IMG/VR virus record: IMGVR_UViG_3300008116_003012
Coordinates: 32,001-96,000 of that record
Length of the DNA stretch: 64,000 nt
DNA from: a virus
Strand: one strand, 5' to 3'
Position numbers and translations under genes: made by a program. Positions 47,976 through 58,442 of this stretch are shown here, in pieces (position 1 is the stretch's first letter; every line of letters begins with the position of its first letter). A model generated the notes under the pieces. The model was given only the letters and a program-made list of their open reading frames with translations. It did not search any database and was not told where the DNA came from.

Positions 47976-48529
47976 TATATATCCTTAGTGTCATCGTATT
48001 TAACCACTAACCAACCTAACCGGTGTAAATCACTTTCAATTTCCTCAGTTACTACACTTTCGGAAACATAACCAGTTCTAGCTTTCCATTGCTTGTCAGT
48101 TTCTTCACTAGTATAATCAGCAATTTGGCCGCCGATTCCACTACAGTACCAATCAATGTAGTCGCCTTCTTGTCGCATGTCTGCAATTATACCGCCAGCT
48201 GATCTCCAACTGCAACTCCATTTCTCTTCTTTTAAAATGGACCACATTTCACGTTTGATAAAATCGTTGTTGCACATTGCCGCATATAAATTCTGTGCAT
48301 AAGATTCGCTAGCTCGAACTTTCTCTAGTATCCAATCAGTAGTCACTAGATCGTATTCCATATTATTTTTCATAGATTCAGGAGTTTGCCATTTTTTATC
48401 AGCATCTTCGACAATCTTTTGAAACATATCTAAGTAATCTTGATTAGGCTCTTCGCCATTTTCTTCCATGCGTTTTAGATAACCTTCCTTTTGAAAGGTG
48501 TGTCGTTCAGGGCTTTTGCTTGGTTTCAT
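47975..48529 (-). CDS. Hypothetical phage protein
   Basis: YAQNLYAAMCNN...WSCSWR.AGGIIAD...DYIDWYCSG. Confidence 0.7.
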   Translation of the reverse strand: MKPSKSPERHTFQKEGYLKRMEENGEEPNQDYLDMFQKIVEDADKKWQTPESMKNNMEYDLVTTDWILEKVRASESYAQNLYAAMCNNDFIKREMWSILKEEKWSCSWRSAGGIIADMRQEGDYIDWYCSGIGGQIADYTSEETDKQWKARTGYVSESVVTEEIESDLHRLGWLVVKYDDTKDI

Positions 48530-48569
48530 ACTTTGTTGAATTGTTTTATAAACCTGTTAAATATAATCA

Positions 48570-49556
48570 ATGAACTTTACAGAAATACCATTTGAAAAAA
48601 TTGTGCGTTTTGGACAACGAACAATGTTGACTCGCCCGTTGTTTTCCACAAGCTGGATACTAGGACGTTTTTGCAATTACAAATGTAGTTATTGTTGGCC
48701 TTATGCACGTAGCGATCAACTTGATTATCAAAGTTTAGACGTATATAAGTGTACAGTAGATCAAATAAAAAGTCAAGCTCGTTTGAACGGATTTACCGAA
48801 TTTCATTGGAGTTTCAGTGGAGGAGAACCTACTGCTTACAAAGGGCTATTAGAACTAACCAAATATTTAGATGATGGTGTGCAGACTCCTTATCAAAGTG
48901 TACACATGACTACCAATCTATCACCTGGATTAGAATGGTGGAAACGTTGGTCTAATGCTACTTCTATGTTAGCTAGACGCAGTATTACAGCAAGCCATCA
49001 CGCAGAGTTTGCTAAAGAACAAGAGTTTGGTGATAAGATTTTACATCTAACAGACGAAAATGTTTTTGTCACTATCAATCAAGTAATGGTACCTGAGTTA
49101 TTTTTTCAACTGTACGAAAAACTAGAACGCTTTCATCGAAGAGGAATAAACGTAACGTTGAAGCCGCAAAGCGATCCTACAGCTAGTCGTATAGTTGATG
49201 GGTACACTGACGAAATGACGCAGTTGATGCGTACAGGTTTCCCGCAACAGTCACAAGGTGAAGATATATATCAAATATCACTGTTTGATAAAAGTAATGA
49301 AGAATACCTATTTGATCAAGCTGAGAGATTCAACGCATTTGGATTTAATAAGTTTAAGGACTGGTCTTGCAATAGCGGATATCAAAGTGTTATTATAAGA
49401 AGTAACGAAGTTAAAAGAAGTTATAGTTGTCATGACGGAGCATTAGGAACGTTAACAGAAGGGTTTAATCTTTTTAAATCTCCTAAGGTTTGTATAACTC
49501 CTACTTGTGTAAGTTCTGCAGACAGTAAAATACCAAAAATAAAAAATGAATATTGA
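48570..49556 (+). CDS. Radical SAM protein
   Basis: CNYKCSYC, FSGGEP, C-terminal Cys cluster (C.SG...SC...C....C). Confidence 0.9.
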   Translation: MNFTEIPFEKIVRFGQRTMLTRPLFSTSWILGRFCNYKCSYCWPYARSDQLDYQSLDVYKCTVDQIKSQARLNGFTEFHWSFSGGEPTAYKGLLELTKYLDDGVQTPYQSVHMTTNLSPGLEWWKRWSNATSMLARRSITASHHAEFAKEQEFGDKILHLTDENVFVTINQVMVPELFFQLYEKLERFHRRGINVTLKPQSDPTASRIVDGYTDEMTQLMRTGFPQQSQGEDIYQISLFDKSNEEYLFDQAERFNAFGFNKFKDWSCNSGYQSVIIRSNEVKRSYSCHDGALGTLTEGFNLFKSPKVCITPTCVSSADSKIPKIKNEY

Positions 49557-50145
49557 CACAGAACATTTACATCATTGGATGCAGGCTATTAGGCAAAGTC
49601 CTGATCCTATGCGTACAATGGACGCCTTTTGGAGTGGACAGCTTCGCAGCAAAGAATGGCTTATAGATTGTTTAGATGAGCATGTACACCACAGTTCTAG
49701 TATAGACATTCACGGAGGATGGGTAGGTGTACTGGCTAGTATGATTTTTCAAAGCAACATACCTGTTACTACTATTAGAAGTATAGACATTGATTCGTCG
49801 TGTGAATCTATTGCCAACATGATGAACAGACAAGAATATTTGAATAATAAATTTAGAGCTGTAACTGCTAACATGTGTGAGATTCGTAGCGACGCTGATA
49901 TTTCTATTAACACTAGTTTTGAACACATATCTCAAGACGATTATGATTTATGGTTAAGCGGATTGAAGCACAACAGTTTAATAGTACTGCAAACAAATAA
50001 TTACAAAATACCTGAGCATATTAGAATTTCTAAAAATTTAGAAGAATTTAAAGAACAAGCAGGTTTAGAAAAAGTTTTATATTCTGGAGAATTAGAGTTA
50101 CCTTTATATAAAAGATTTATGATTATAGGATATAAGAATGTTTAA
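49546..50145 (+). CDS. Class I SAM-dependent methyltransferase-like protein
   Basis: IHGGWVG, SIDID, INTSFEH. Confidence 0.7.
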   Translation: MNIDTEHLHHWMQAIRQSPDPMRTMDAFWSGQLRSKEWLIDCLDEHVHHSSSIDIHGGWVGVLASMIFQSNIPVTTIRSIDIDSSCESIANMMNRQEYLNNKFRAVTANMCEIRSDADISINTSFEHISQDDYDLWLSGLKHNSLIVLQTNNYKIPEHIRISKNLEEFKEQAGLEKVLYSGELELPLYKRFMIIGYKNV

Positions 50146-51229
50146 ATTTTCAGAACTACACGCAGTTCATTTAGAAATTACTAATAATTGTCAAGCAAAA
50201 TGTCCTATGTGTTCTAGGAACTACAGGGGAGGATTAGAAAATCCGTACATCAAAGTTAATGAATGGTCACTTGAAGATTTTTCTACAATCTTCAATCAAG
50301 AAGTATTAGATCAATTAAAGAGTATTTTCTTTTGCGGAAATTTTGGAGATCCTATTATCAACAACGACCTAGCAGAAATGTGTGGGTACGCTACTAACGG
50401 AAATCCAAATTTACAAATAAGAATACATACTAACGGCGGAGCACGATCTAAAGAATGGTGGAGGTCATTGCCCGCAAAACTTCCTAGAAATCATTTTGTT
50501 ATATTTGGGATTGATGGACTAGAAGATACTCATCACATTTACAGAGTTGGTACTAAGTATCAACAGGTTATCGATAATGCCAAAGCATTTATAGATGCCG
50601 GAGGGATTGCAGAATGGGTCTTTATTAAATTCAAACATAACGAACACCAAGTAGAAGAAGCAAGGAAAAGAGCTAAAGAATTAGGATTCAAACTATTTAC
50701 AGTTAAAAACAGTACTAGATTTTTAGAAGAAAAATTTAAAGTCCTTGATAAAAATGGAAACACTGATTATTACTTAGAACCTCCTACAAACAATCAAGTG
50801 ACTTTAATTTCACCTGATATGATTAAAAATTATAAGGTATGGGTTGATGATTCTAACATTGAATGTTACGTTCAACAAAATAGAGAAATATACATAGACG
50901 CATACAAAAATTTATTTCCCTGCTGTTTCCTTGCATCTACTCCTTATAATTATACAGAAGAAAATGACTTTACGTTCCCTGTAAGACAAGAAGTAAAAAA
51001 ACAGTATTCTAAATTAGTAGAATCGCTAGGCGGAATAGAAAATCTAAGTGCCACAAAGGTAGGTGTAAAAAATATACTAGAATCTAATTCTTGGCAAACT
51101 GTTTGGGATTATTACTGGAATGAATATAAACTAATTGTTTGTGCTAGAACTTGCGGAGTTAGTGCAAGCAAACCAATTTCAAAACCTAAAGATCAGTTCG
51201 TAGAAAGATCTAACCTTAAGGAAGAATGA
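50138..51229 (+). CDS. Radical SAM protein with a SPASM/twitch-like C-terminus
   Basis: CQAKCPMC, CGNFGDP, TNG, FGIDG, C...PCC...C..TC. Confidence 0.9.
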   Translation: MFKFSELHAVHLEITNNCQAKCPMCSRNYRGGLENPYIKVNEWSLEDFSTIFNQEVLDQLKSIFFCGNFGDPIINNDLAEMCGYATNGNPNLQIRIHTNGGARSKEWWRSLPAKLPRNHFVIFGIDGLEDTHHIYRVGTKYQQVIDNAKAFIDAGGIAEWVFIKFKHNEHQVEEARKRAKELGFKLFTVKNSTRFLEEKFKVLDKNGNTDYYLEPPTNNQVTLISPDMIKNYKVWVDDSNIECYVQQNREIYIDAYKNLFPCCFLASTPYNYTEENDFTFPVRQEVKKQYSKLVESLGGIENLSATKVGVKNILESNSWQTVWDYYWNEYKLIVCARTCGVSASKPISKPKDQFVERSNLKEE

Positions 51230-52385
51230 TATCTCTAGAGTGAAGACTTAATAAATGATTTCTATTCCAGTCTAACACACTGTACATTTCTTTATAAAGA
51301 CAGTGTAATTGATCGTTAGACAGGCTGTTAATGTAATCAATAAGTTTAAAAATCTTTAATAATCTTTCTGCATGATCAGATTCTTCATCGTAAGACTCGT
51401 CCCACCATTTATCAAAAGTTTTAAACCCTAGTTCTTTCAAATACTGTAAAGTAAATGGGGCACCTATCATTATAAAAGGTGTTAGTGTAACCATAGAGTT
51501 AAATGTTTTTTCAGTAATTGTAGCAGTAGGTTGAAAAAATACTGATTCAGTAACTATTGCTGCAAACGAATCTTCAAAACTTTTTAAAAAGTTTTCTAAA
51601 TTTCCATCCCAAGTCCACGGAAAGTTTGCAATTTTAGGAAATTTATAATTTTCAATTACAATTTTATCAATCTTATTATCAATGAAAAAATCTGTTTGAT
51701 TTAAAATTTTATTTCCTTCTTTTAGATAGTACCAAGGTAAAGTTTTAAGCCAAGTGATATCTTCGCATATATTGTTACAGGAAAACGGCCAACTGTACTT
51801 CCCTGGCTTATCAGCTAGATAACACATTAGTAAGTGTCTATGATTAGTAAATCTATTTGCAGAACACCAAAACTTATATTTGATTTCATTTTTGGGCTTA
51901 AACAATTCTGCGTTATACTTATAACCAATTGATTCGGTTTGATTTTGAAAATCTAAACACTGTAATGTTAAATTAGGATAATTTTGAAAAATATATTTTG
52001 TTGTATTGTATTCACAACAATGAACAGTTATGCTAATTTCTTCTTCTCTAGCAAACTTATCTGCAACATCTAACACAGGAGTTCGCAATTCTGTATGAAG
52101 CTGGTCGTTGTATTCTAGTTCATTGTATTCTTTTACAGTTTTATCAGTATCTGAATAATATCTAAACCATTCAAACAAATATATTTCTATCCCAGTTTCT
52201 TTAAGTAAATGTTTGTTTAAATTGTGTTTAATGTTGTCTAAAGAAAATTCTTTTCCTTGTCCTATATAAACAATTGAAGGAACTTTAGTTCTTCCCAAAG
52301 CGGTAGATTCAATTATTTCATTGTCTAGTACAATAGTAGAAGATAACTCAAAAGGAAAGTTATGATAATAAATGTTTTCCCGCAT
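51216..52385 (-). CDS. Putative glycosyltransferase-like protein
   Basis: IVTES......TEKT......PF...G....L..L..LGFKTF..WWDESYD motif, common in phage sugar-modification islands; the function is inferred. Confidence 0.5.
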   Translation of the reverse strand: MRENIYYHNFPFELSSTIVLDNEIIESTALGRTKVPSIVYIGQGKEFSLDNIKHNLNKHLLKETGIEIYLFEWFRYYSDTDKTVKEYNELEYNDQLHTELRTPVLDVADKFAREEEISITVHCCEYNTTKYIFQNYPNLTLQCLDFQNQTESIGYKYNAELFKPKNEIKYKFWCSANRFTNHRHLLMCYLADKPGKYSWPFSCNNICEDITWLKTLPWYYLKEGNKILNQTDFFIDNKIDKIVIENYKFPKIANFPWTWDGNLENFLKSFEDSFAAIVTESVFFQPTATITEKTFNSMVTLTPFIMIGAPFTLQYLKELGFKTFDKWWDESYDEESDHAERLLKIFKLIDYINSLSNDQLHCLYKEMYSVLDWNRNHLLSLHSRDIILP

Positions 52386-52386
52386 A

Positions 52387-53373
52387 TCAATGACTTCTAA
52401 ATAAATCTAATGTGACACAATGGAACCCGCCTCCTAGTGTACGTTGTTGTCTTGCTGGCAGCATTGCACATTCTATTTTGTGCTTCTCTAATTCTTTTCT
52501 AAGTTCGTGTTGATGATCTGGTATTGCCGCTAGATTAGGATTGACAGAAAAGATATTCATAGCAACCCATTTGCTACTGTTACAATAGCCAGGGTAGTGT
52601 GCGACTTCGCCAGGGTCAGGTGCCCATACAACATCCCAATTTTGCAACGGCTTTGGTAATTGTTCGACACTTTTTATCCTGCTGGGATTTAACAGCATTA
52701 ATCCTTCTCTTAGTAATGTAATAGTACTGTCAATGTGCATGTAACTATAGACACCTTCTAGTGTCCATACACGCTTGTTACCTACTAGATTTTGTAGATA
52801 TTCTGCACCTTTTTTATTTCCGCTGTTGCTGACAAGATATATTAAGTCATCATTTACTTTTAAAACATTTGCAGCATCAAAACAAGGTTGTGTTTCATTT
52901 AATGCAAGAGTGTCTTTATCTCCTAAGCAATTTAGGTTGTATAATTCTTTATTGTAATTAATAGGTGCTTCAATATATTTTGCACCTAATCGCTCTAAAG
53001 GTTCAAAATGTTCATGCATAGCAAGATATTCTTTATGTCTTGCACGTAAAGGTTGCGGCGTTGCTAAAATTGTATCGTTATATACTATGACGCTGTCTCT
53101 AGGACAATAATTGTAATAATTAGGTAACGGAGTGCGTTTTGGTCTTAATACTTCTACACTTTCTCCTTTAAGAAAGTTGCAAAATGTTTCTAAGTCTTCA
53201 TTGGCTTCGTCTATTACTTGTTGAGGATATAATCCTTCAGGAATGTCACTAGAATCTTTTTTATCTGCGTAATTTACAACTCGAAGACTTACATCAAGTT
53301 TAGGTATTCTTGCACCATCAGCAACACCTACAATAACTGTTTTAAGAGTATCCCACTCGTTTTTGCTTAACAT
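52387..53373 (-). CDS. Amidinotransferase (glycine / inosamine-phosphate amidinotransferase family), copy 1
   Basis: NEWD.L..VIVG, CPRD, FDAAN, SGN..G, HIDST, GGGFHCVTLD (Asp-His-Cys triad). Confidence 0.9.
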   Translation of the reverse strand: MLSKNEWDTLKTVIVGVADGARIPKLDVSLRVVNYADKKDSSDIPEGLYPQQVIDEANEDLETFCNFLKGESVEVLRPKRTPLPNYYNYCPRDSVIVYNDTILATPQPLRARHKEYLAMHEHFEPLERLGAKYIEAPINYNKELYNLNCLGDKDTLALNETQPCFDAANVLKVNDDLIYLVSNSGNKKGAEYLQNLVGNKRVWTLEGVYSYMHIDSTITLLREGLMLLNPSRIKSVEQLPKPLQNWDVVWAPDPGEVAHYPGYCNSSKWVAMNIFSVNPNLAAIPDHQHELRKELEKHKIECAMLPARQQRTLGGGFHCVTLDLFRSH

Positions 53374-53432
53374 TTAATTACCTCGGACAAATAAAAGATT
53401 AAATAGTAGCAGTTATTTAATTGAATACTACT

Positions 53433-53846
53433 ATGCTTACACAAATTTTTTCAAAAGTAAACCCAGAAAAACTGTTACATTCTGTATATAGGCCCACTGT
53501 TAAGTCTAACAGAATAGACTTAGCACCTCCAGAACAGTTTTTGCAATTGTCAATAATCAATCCTTCACATGGAAAAAAATATGATAAGCACTATCATATA
53601 TGGAAAACTCCTTCATTTGATAAGACTATTGCACAAGAATCATGGGTTATAATATCTGGTTCAGTAAGAGTCAGCTTTTATGATACAGATAATCAATTAC
53701 TACAAGAAGAAATAATAGGGCCTGGAGAGTGTTCTATGACTTTTGAAGGAGGTCATACTTACGAAATCCTTGAAGAAAACACTTCAATCTACGAATTTAA
53801 AACAGGTCCTTATAACGGAAGAGAAAATGACAAACAGTTTTTTTGA
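53433..53846 (+). CDS. WbuC-like cupin
   Basis: KHYH...QESW...G...V.FYD...GGH...YEFKTGPY. Confidence 0.7.
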   Translation: MLTQIFSKVNPEKLLHSVYRPTVKSNRIDLAPPEQFLQLSIINPSHGKKYDKHYHIWKTPSFDKTIAQESWVIISGSVRVSFYDTDNQLLQEEIIGPGECSMTFEGGHTYEILEENTSIYEFKTGPYNGRENDKQFF

Positions 53847-54591
53847 TAATAAAACAGTAGGTATAGCAGGCTACGGATTTGTTGGAAAAGCCACGCATCG
53901 AGGTATTCTCAACGACATGCCTGTATTAATTCACGACCTACAAAGAAATACAAACTTATCTGATCTCCAAGATGCTAGTACAGTATTTTTCTGTGTACCT
54001 ACTGATAATCAAAATGATGTAAATCGTTTACTTAATGAGATTAAAAAATTAAAAGAAATTAATAAAGAATGTAAGATTATTATTAGAAGTACAATTCCCT
54101 TAGGAACATCTAAACGTATAGAAGAACTAATACAAGACAAAATTATCTATATACCAGAATTTTTCCGCCAGCGCATTTGGGAAGAAGAGTGCGGTCGCAG
54201 ACCATTGATAGTAGGTCACAACGGAATAAATGTCAAAGAGTGGATCGGAGACGATGACTTTTTAGAATGTTCCTTAGAAGAAGCAGAACTAATAAAAATG
54301 TTCAGCAATAATTTTGCTGCATTAAGAGTTGTCTTTGCAAATCATTTCTACGAGTTAGCTGAACAAAGTAATTGCAACTACGATGTAATTACAAAATTAT
54401 TTTCTAAAGTCATGCATCCTGAATCCTATCTTGAAGTAAATGAAGATTTAAGAGGATTCGGAGGGAAGTGTTTGCCAAAAGATTTAGATTTTATAATCAA
54501 CACTTTCAATCAATTAGGATTGTCTCAAACATTATTTGATTCTGTTAAGAAAGATAACGAACAATGGAAAATTACCGTAAGAGAATCTTAA
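53827..54591 (+). CDS. UDP-glucose/GDP-mannose dehydrogenase family (short form)
   Basis: GYGFVG, CVPT, IRST, PEF.R, AELIK, GFGGKCLPKD. Confidence 0.88.
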   Translation: MTNSFFDNKTVGIAGYGFVGKATHRGILNDMPVLIHDLQRNTNLSDLQDASTVFFCVPTDNQNDVNRLLNEIKKLKEINKECKIIIRSTIPLGTSKRIEELIQDKIIYIPEFFRQRIWEEECGRRPLIVGHNGINVKEWIGDDDFLECSLEEAELIKMFSNNFAALRVVFANHFYELAEQSNCNYDVITKLFSKVMHPESYLEVNEDLRGFGGKCLPKDLDFIINTFNQLGLSQTLFDSVKKDNEQWKITVRES

Positions 54592-55466
54592 TAACTGGTG
54601 CTGCGGGTCTTATAGGTAGAGAACTTTGTAATAAGTTATCTCTCAAGCATCATGTTGTAGGAGTTGATAATAATTTTAGATTTAATGACTACACTCCAGA
54701 AAACTGCTACTATGTTAAGAAAGATTTAAAAGAATTTATAGCATCTGCTGACAATGACTTTGACTACGTATTTCACATGGCGGCTATAAATGGTACAAGT
54801 CATTTCTATGACATGCCTCTAAATGTATTAGAAAATAATATTACTACAGATTTAGAAATATTCAATTTTGCCGGAAAAAATAAAAACTGCAAATTAATAT
54901 ATGCCAGCAGCAGCGAAATTGTTGCAGATTCAAAAAACTTTCCTACGGCTGAAGAAACAGATGTTGTTATAAAAGACATACACAATTCAAGATGGAGTTA
55001 TCGATTACCAAAAATTGTATCTGAAAATTATCTATTCAACAGCAACTTAGATTTTTTAATTGTGAGATTTTTCAATGTCTACGGTGCTAACAGTACCAAA
55101 GGACATTTTATAGGTGATATTTTAGAAAAAATAAATTCTAATGTATTTGAAATACATGGGTCTAACGAAACAAGATCTTTCTGTTATATAGATGATGCTA
55201 TTACTGCACTGTTATCTATATACGAACAAGTCAGCAGAGAAGTAATCAATATAGGAGCACAGGAAGAAATATCTATTCTAGATGCTGCAAATCAAATTGC
55301 AGAGTGCATGGGTATTAAAGATCCTAACTGGAAAATAGTTCCTAGCAGATATGGCAGTGTTGATAGAAGAATTCCTGATATAACAAAACTTAAATTTTAT
55401 TTTAAGCAATATAATCCTATATCTTTTAAACAAGGTATAGAGTTGATTCTAAAGTCTCGTCAATAA
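54564..55466 (+). CDS. NAD-dependent epimerase/dehydratase (UDP-glucuronate decarboxylase-like)
   Basis: TGAAGLIG, HMAA, ASSSE, Y...K (YRLPK), RFFNVYG, TRSFCYIDD. Confidence 0.9.
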   Translation: MENYRKRILITGAAGLIGRELCNKLSLKHHVVGVDNNFRFNDYTPENCYYVKKDLKEFIASADNDFDYVFHMAAINGTSHFYDMPLNVLENNITTDLEIFNFAGKNKNCKLIYASSSEIVADSKNFPTAEETDVVIKDIHNSRWSYRLPKIVSENYLFNSNLDFLIVRFFNVYGANSTKGHFIGDILEKINSNVFEIHGSNETRSFCYIDDAITALLSIYEQVSREVINIGAQEEISILDAANQIAECMGIKDPNWKIVPSRYGSVDRRIPDITKLKFYFKQYNPISFKQGIELILKSRQ

Positions 55467-56263
55467 CACTTAGTAAAAATAGTTATTCCGCTTTTTTCTT
55501 TATGTGTGCCAGCGCCCGCATGTAGTCTGTTTCGTTCAAACACAATTACATTGCCTGGAGTCCATTCTACTATATTTGAAACAGTTAGTCCATGAAGACT
55601 TTCTATATCAATATGATTTAAGTATTTGCTGTGCATTGCTTGATCAAACAATTTACTTTTATCATAGTTAACAATTTGAGAATAATCATAGCAACGATTA
55701 TCAACTTTGCCAATTTTTTTATCAGACCTAGCTTCTATTAAGTATTCTAGTTCTTTTATCAGTTTGCTGTCCACGTTAAAGTCTGTTATAGATTCTGGAG
55801 AATCTATACATTGTTTATAAAATTCTCTAATATCTTTTACAGTTTGAAATTGTTCTTGTTTGTTGGGCAGTTGATATTCAAAAGGCGAGTTTTCTTTTTT
55901 GCTAAATTTTGCACTGTGTCCGTTCCAAAAGTTATCAAAGAATACAGTGTAAGATTCTCCGTTATTGTAAAGAGGAATTATTATTCCATGTCCAGTACTT
56001 TGTTCTTCAGTATCTCCGCTGTCAACATGTAACTTAAAGCTTATTTTAAATAGATTAAAAATTACTTCATCAACTTGATAATTGTAATCTAATACTGAGT
56101 CTAGTACTTTTTTAACAATATGTTGAGGCCATTGGTCCATATCCCACCTAGGATGCTTACTAGCAACATCTGGTCTTATATCAGACCGATGATCTAAAAT
56201 ATTTTGATAATAAATTAGTTCATTGATCTCTGCCGGAGTAAGGACATTTTTTATTTCAAACAT
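55460..56263 (-). CDS. 2OG-Fe(II)/DSBH-like oxygenase with a large insertion, copy 1
   Basis: LHVDSG...IIIPL ... W.PG.VIVFER.RLH.G (HxD...H). Confidence 0.55.
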   Translation of the reverse strand: MFEIKNVLTPAEINELIYYQNILDHRSDIRPDVASKHPRWDMDQWPQHIVKKVLDSVLDYNYQVDEVIFNLFKISFKLHVDSGDTEEQSTGHGIIIPLYNNGESYTVFFDNFWNGHSAKFSKKENSPFEYQLPNKQEQFQTVKDIREFYKQCIDSPESITDFNVDSKLIKELEYLIEARSDKKIGKVDNRCYDYSQIVNYDKSKLFDQAMHSKYLNHIDIESLHGLTVSNIVEWTPGNVIVFERNRLHAGAGTHKEKSGITIFTKCY

Positions 56264-56272
56264 ATAAAATAT

Positions 56273-57259
56273 TTATGGCTTAGATCTAATTAAATCTAGT
56301 GTAACGCAGTGAAATCCACCGCCTAGTGTTCTTTCGTGACGCATTGGTAACATAGCACAATCTATTTTATATTTTTCTAATGCTTTTCTTAAAGGTTCTT
56401 GACTTTCTTCTACAACAATTAAGTTAGGATTAATCGAAAAAACGTTCATGTTCATCCATATGCTGGCATTGCAATAACCAGGATAATGTCCTATATCTAT
56501 AGGCTCAGATGCCCAAATGTAATCCCAACTTTGTAACGGCTTAGGTAGTTGATCTATGCTTTTTATTCTGCTGGGGTTCAACAACATTAGACCTTCTCTA
56601 AGGAGGGCAATGGTGCTGTCAATGTGCATGTAACTATAGACACCTTCTACTAAATGTACTTTAGCATTGTTTCCTACTAACTCTTGTAGATAGGCAGCTC
56701 CTTGTTTATTGCCACTATTGCTGACCAAATAAAACAGATCTTGATTGCATTTTAAAACATTAGCTGCATCAAAACTAGCTGTAGTTTCTGTTAGTGCCAA
56801 GACATCTTTGTCTTGTACACAAGCTTCGTTGTATAGACTATCTGGATGGTCTGGTCTATTTTTAATATATCTAACTTCTGGATATTTTAAAAAGCAGTGT
56901 TCTAAGGCAAGATGTTCATTCTTTCTTGCTCTCAGCGGTTGAGGTGTTGCAAGTATTAAGTCATCATAGACTAATACGCCATCCCTTGGGCAATAGTTAT
57001 AGTATTCTGGAATAACACCGTCGTCGGGTCTAAGAACTTCTATGTTTTCTTTTTTTAAAAAATCACAGAACACTTCTAAATCTTCATTGGCTTCATCTAT
57101 AACTTGTTTTGGATAGAGTCCTGTTGGGATGTCATTTATGTCAGTGACATTTGCATAATTAACTGTTCTAAGGCTTAAATCTACTTTAGGAATAGCGGCG
57201 TTTGTTGCACTACCTACAATTACAGTTTTTAAAGGATCCCATTCATTTAAACTTAGCAT
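56273..57259 (-). CDS. Amidinotransferase, copy 2
   Basis: Same motifs as 52387..53373, triad intact. Confidence 0.9.
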   Translation of the reverse strand: MLSLNEWDPLKTVIVGSATNAAIPKVDLSLRTVNYANVTDINDIPTGLYPKQVIDEANEDLEVFCDFLKKENIEVLRPDDGVIPEYYNYCPRDGVLVYDDLILATPQPLRARKNEHLALEHCFLKYPEVRYIKNRPDHPDSLYNEACVQDKDVLALTETTASFDAANVLKCNQDLFYLVSNSGNKQGAAYLQELVGNNAKVHLVEGVYSYMHIDSTIALLREGLMLLNPSRIKSIDQLPKPLQSWDYIWASEPIDIGHYPGYCNASIWMNMNVFSINPNLIVVEESQEPLRKALEKYKIDCAMLPMRHERTLGGGFHCVTLDLIRSKP

Positions 57260-57286
57260 TTATCATTTTCCTTGTTAAATACATTT

Positions 57287-57784
57287 ATGCAAAATTTTGG
57301 AAAAACACCTGTGTCTTGGAATATAGAAAATTTTAAAAAATTACCATATAAACTCGATCCTGATTTAATAATGTGTGAAGAATACGTAGCCGTAGGTCAC
57401 CATTTAGAATCTATGAAGTTTTACAATTGTTTTGAAACAGACATAGGATTTCCTTTAGATAGTATTGTTAAAAATTTTGATTTTTTATCTAACATTCGGA
57501 TCGCAGTAAATCTGTTTACACCCGGACAGTACATTCCGTTGCACTCTGACAAGTACGAAAGATTTAGCAAACTTAACAAGCTTTCAAACTTAGATTCTGT
57601 TGTTAGAATTATTCTAATGTTAGAAGACAATGTGCCTGGACAGTTTTTACAAATTGAAGATAAAGTAATTTATTCTTGGCAAGCAGGAGATTGGTTTGCG
57701 TGGAAGTCTACTGCCCAACATGCCTTTTATAATTTTAGCAAGCAGAACAGATATTCTCTACAGATAACCGGAACATTAAATTAA
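57287..57784 (+). CDS. 2OG-Fe(II) oxygenase-like protein
   Basis: PGQYIPLHSD ... H...N.....RYSLQITG. Confidence 0.7.
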   Translation: MQNFGKTPVSWNIENFKKLPYKLDPDLIMCEEYVAVGHHLESMKFYNCFETDIGFPLDSIVKNFDFLSNIRIAVNLFTPGQYIPLHSDKYERFSKLNKLSNLDSVVRIILMLEDNVPGQFLQIEDKVIYSWQAGDWFAWKSTAQHAFYNFSKQNRYSLQITGTLN

Positions 57785-58371
57785 TTAAAAATAGGTAATA
57801 AAGAAAGATCAGGGTAGTCTGTATAGTCTACTGTTCTTGGAGCAATGTCTTTAACTTTATTAAATTTTTCTATACCAGCAGCAGCAGTTTCTGGAGTCAT
57901 ATAATAATGATATCCCATGGTGTAAATTTTCTGTTCAGCCCATAACACATCGCGATCTCTACCATCATAGCTCATTCTTACTAGTTGATCTCTATCTTCT
58001 TTATTATCTAATAGAATCATCCCTCCTCGGCCTAGTCCCAAATGCTTACGAAACTGAAAACTTAAACACATATTTGTTCCGGAAATGTAACTTTGTTCTT
58101 TCCAAAGAACCGCAGCATCTATTATGTTTGTATTAGACAAATAATAATAGTCTTGCCATTGCTCGTCCTTCCATTGCCATTCTATGTTTAATTTCTTTAA
58201 AGTCATAGGCACTGAAACATATGTATGTTTTGGACTACTGCTTGTTTTGATGTCTTGTAATCTAAGACATAGTTCTATTGCATGAGTGCAACAATCTGTA
58301 GCAACTGCATATTTAGAACCATAGTACTCGGCTATGGTATTTTCAAATTGGGTTATAGTATTAAAGCTCAT
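57781..58371 (-). CDS. DegT/DnrJ/EryC1/StrS PLP aminotransferase, minimal form
   Basis: FE..IAEY.G..YAVA.DCCT.AI.L, IIDAA, SFQFRK.L..GRGGMI, GY.Y.M. Confidence 0.85.
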   Translation of the reverse strand: MSFNTITQFENTIAEYYGSKYAVATDCCTHAIELCLRLQDIKTSSSPKHTYVSVPMTLKKLNIEWQWKDEQWQDYYYLSNTNIIDAAVLWKEQSYISGTNMCLSFQFRKHLGLGRGGMILLDNKEDRDQLVRMSYDGRDRDVLWAEQKIYTMGYHYYMTPETAAAGIEKFNKVKDIAPRTVDYTDYPDLSLLPIFN

Positions 58372-58442
58372 GACAATATTTATTGTTTATAATTTAGAGC
58401 ATTTTTTTTAATGTTAAATAATGGTATCAACAGGAAGAATAA

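Noticed and set aside
52387-57259. Amidinotransferases as the archaeosine (dG+) synthase linked to queD
   Set aside because: Known G+ synthases are ArcS, QueF-like or Gat-QueC, which have different folds. These proteins are glycine/inosamine-type amidinotransferases, and no dpdA or queC is in the window. A link cannot be supported, though it is not excluded.
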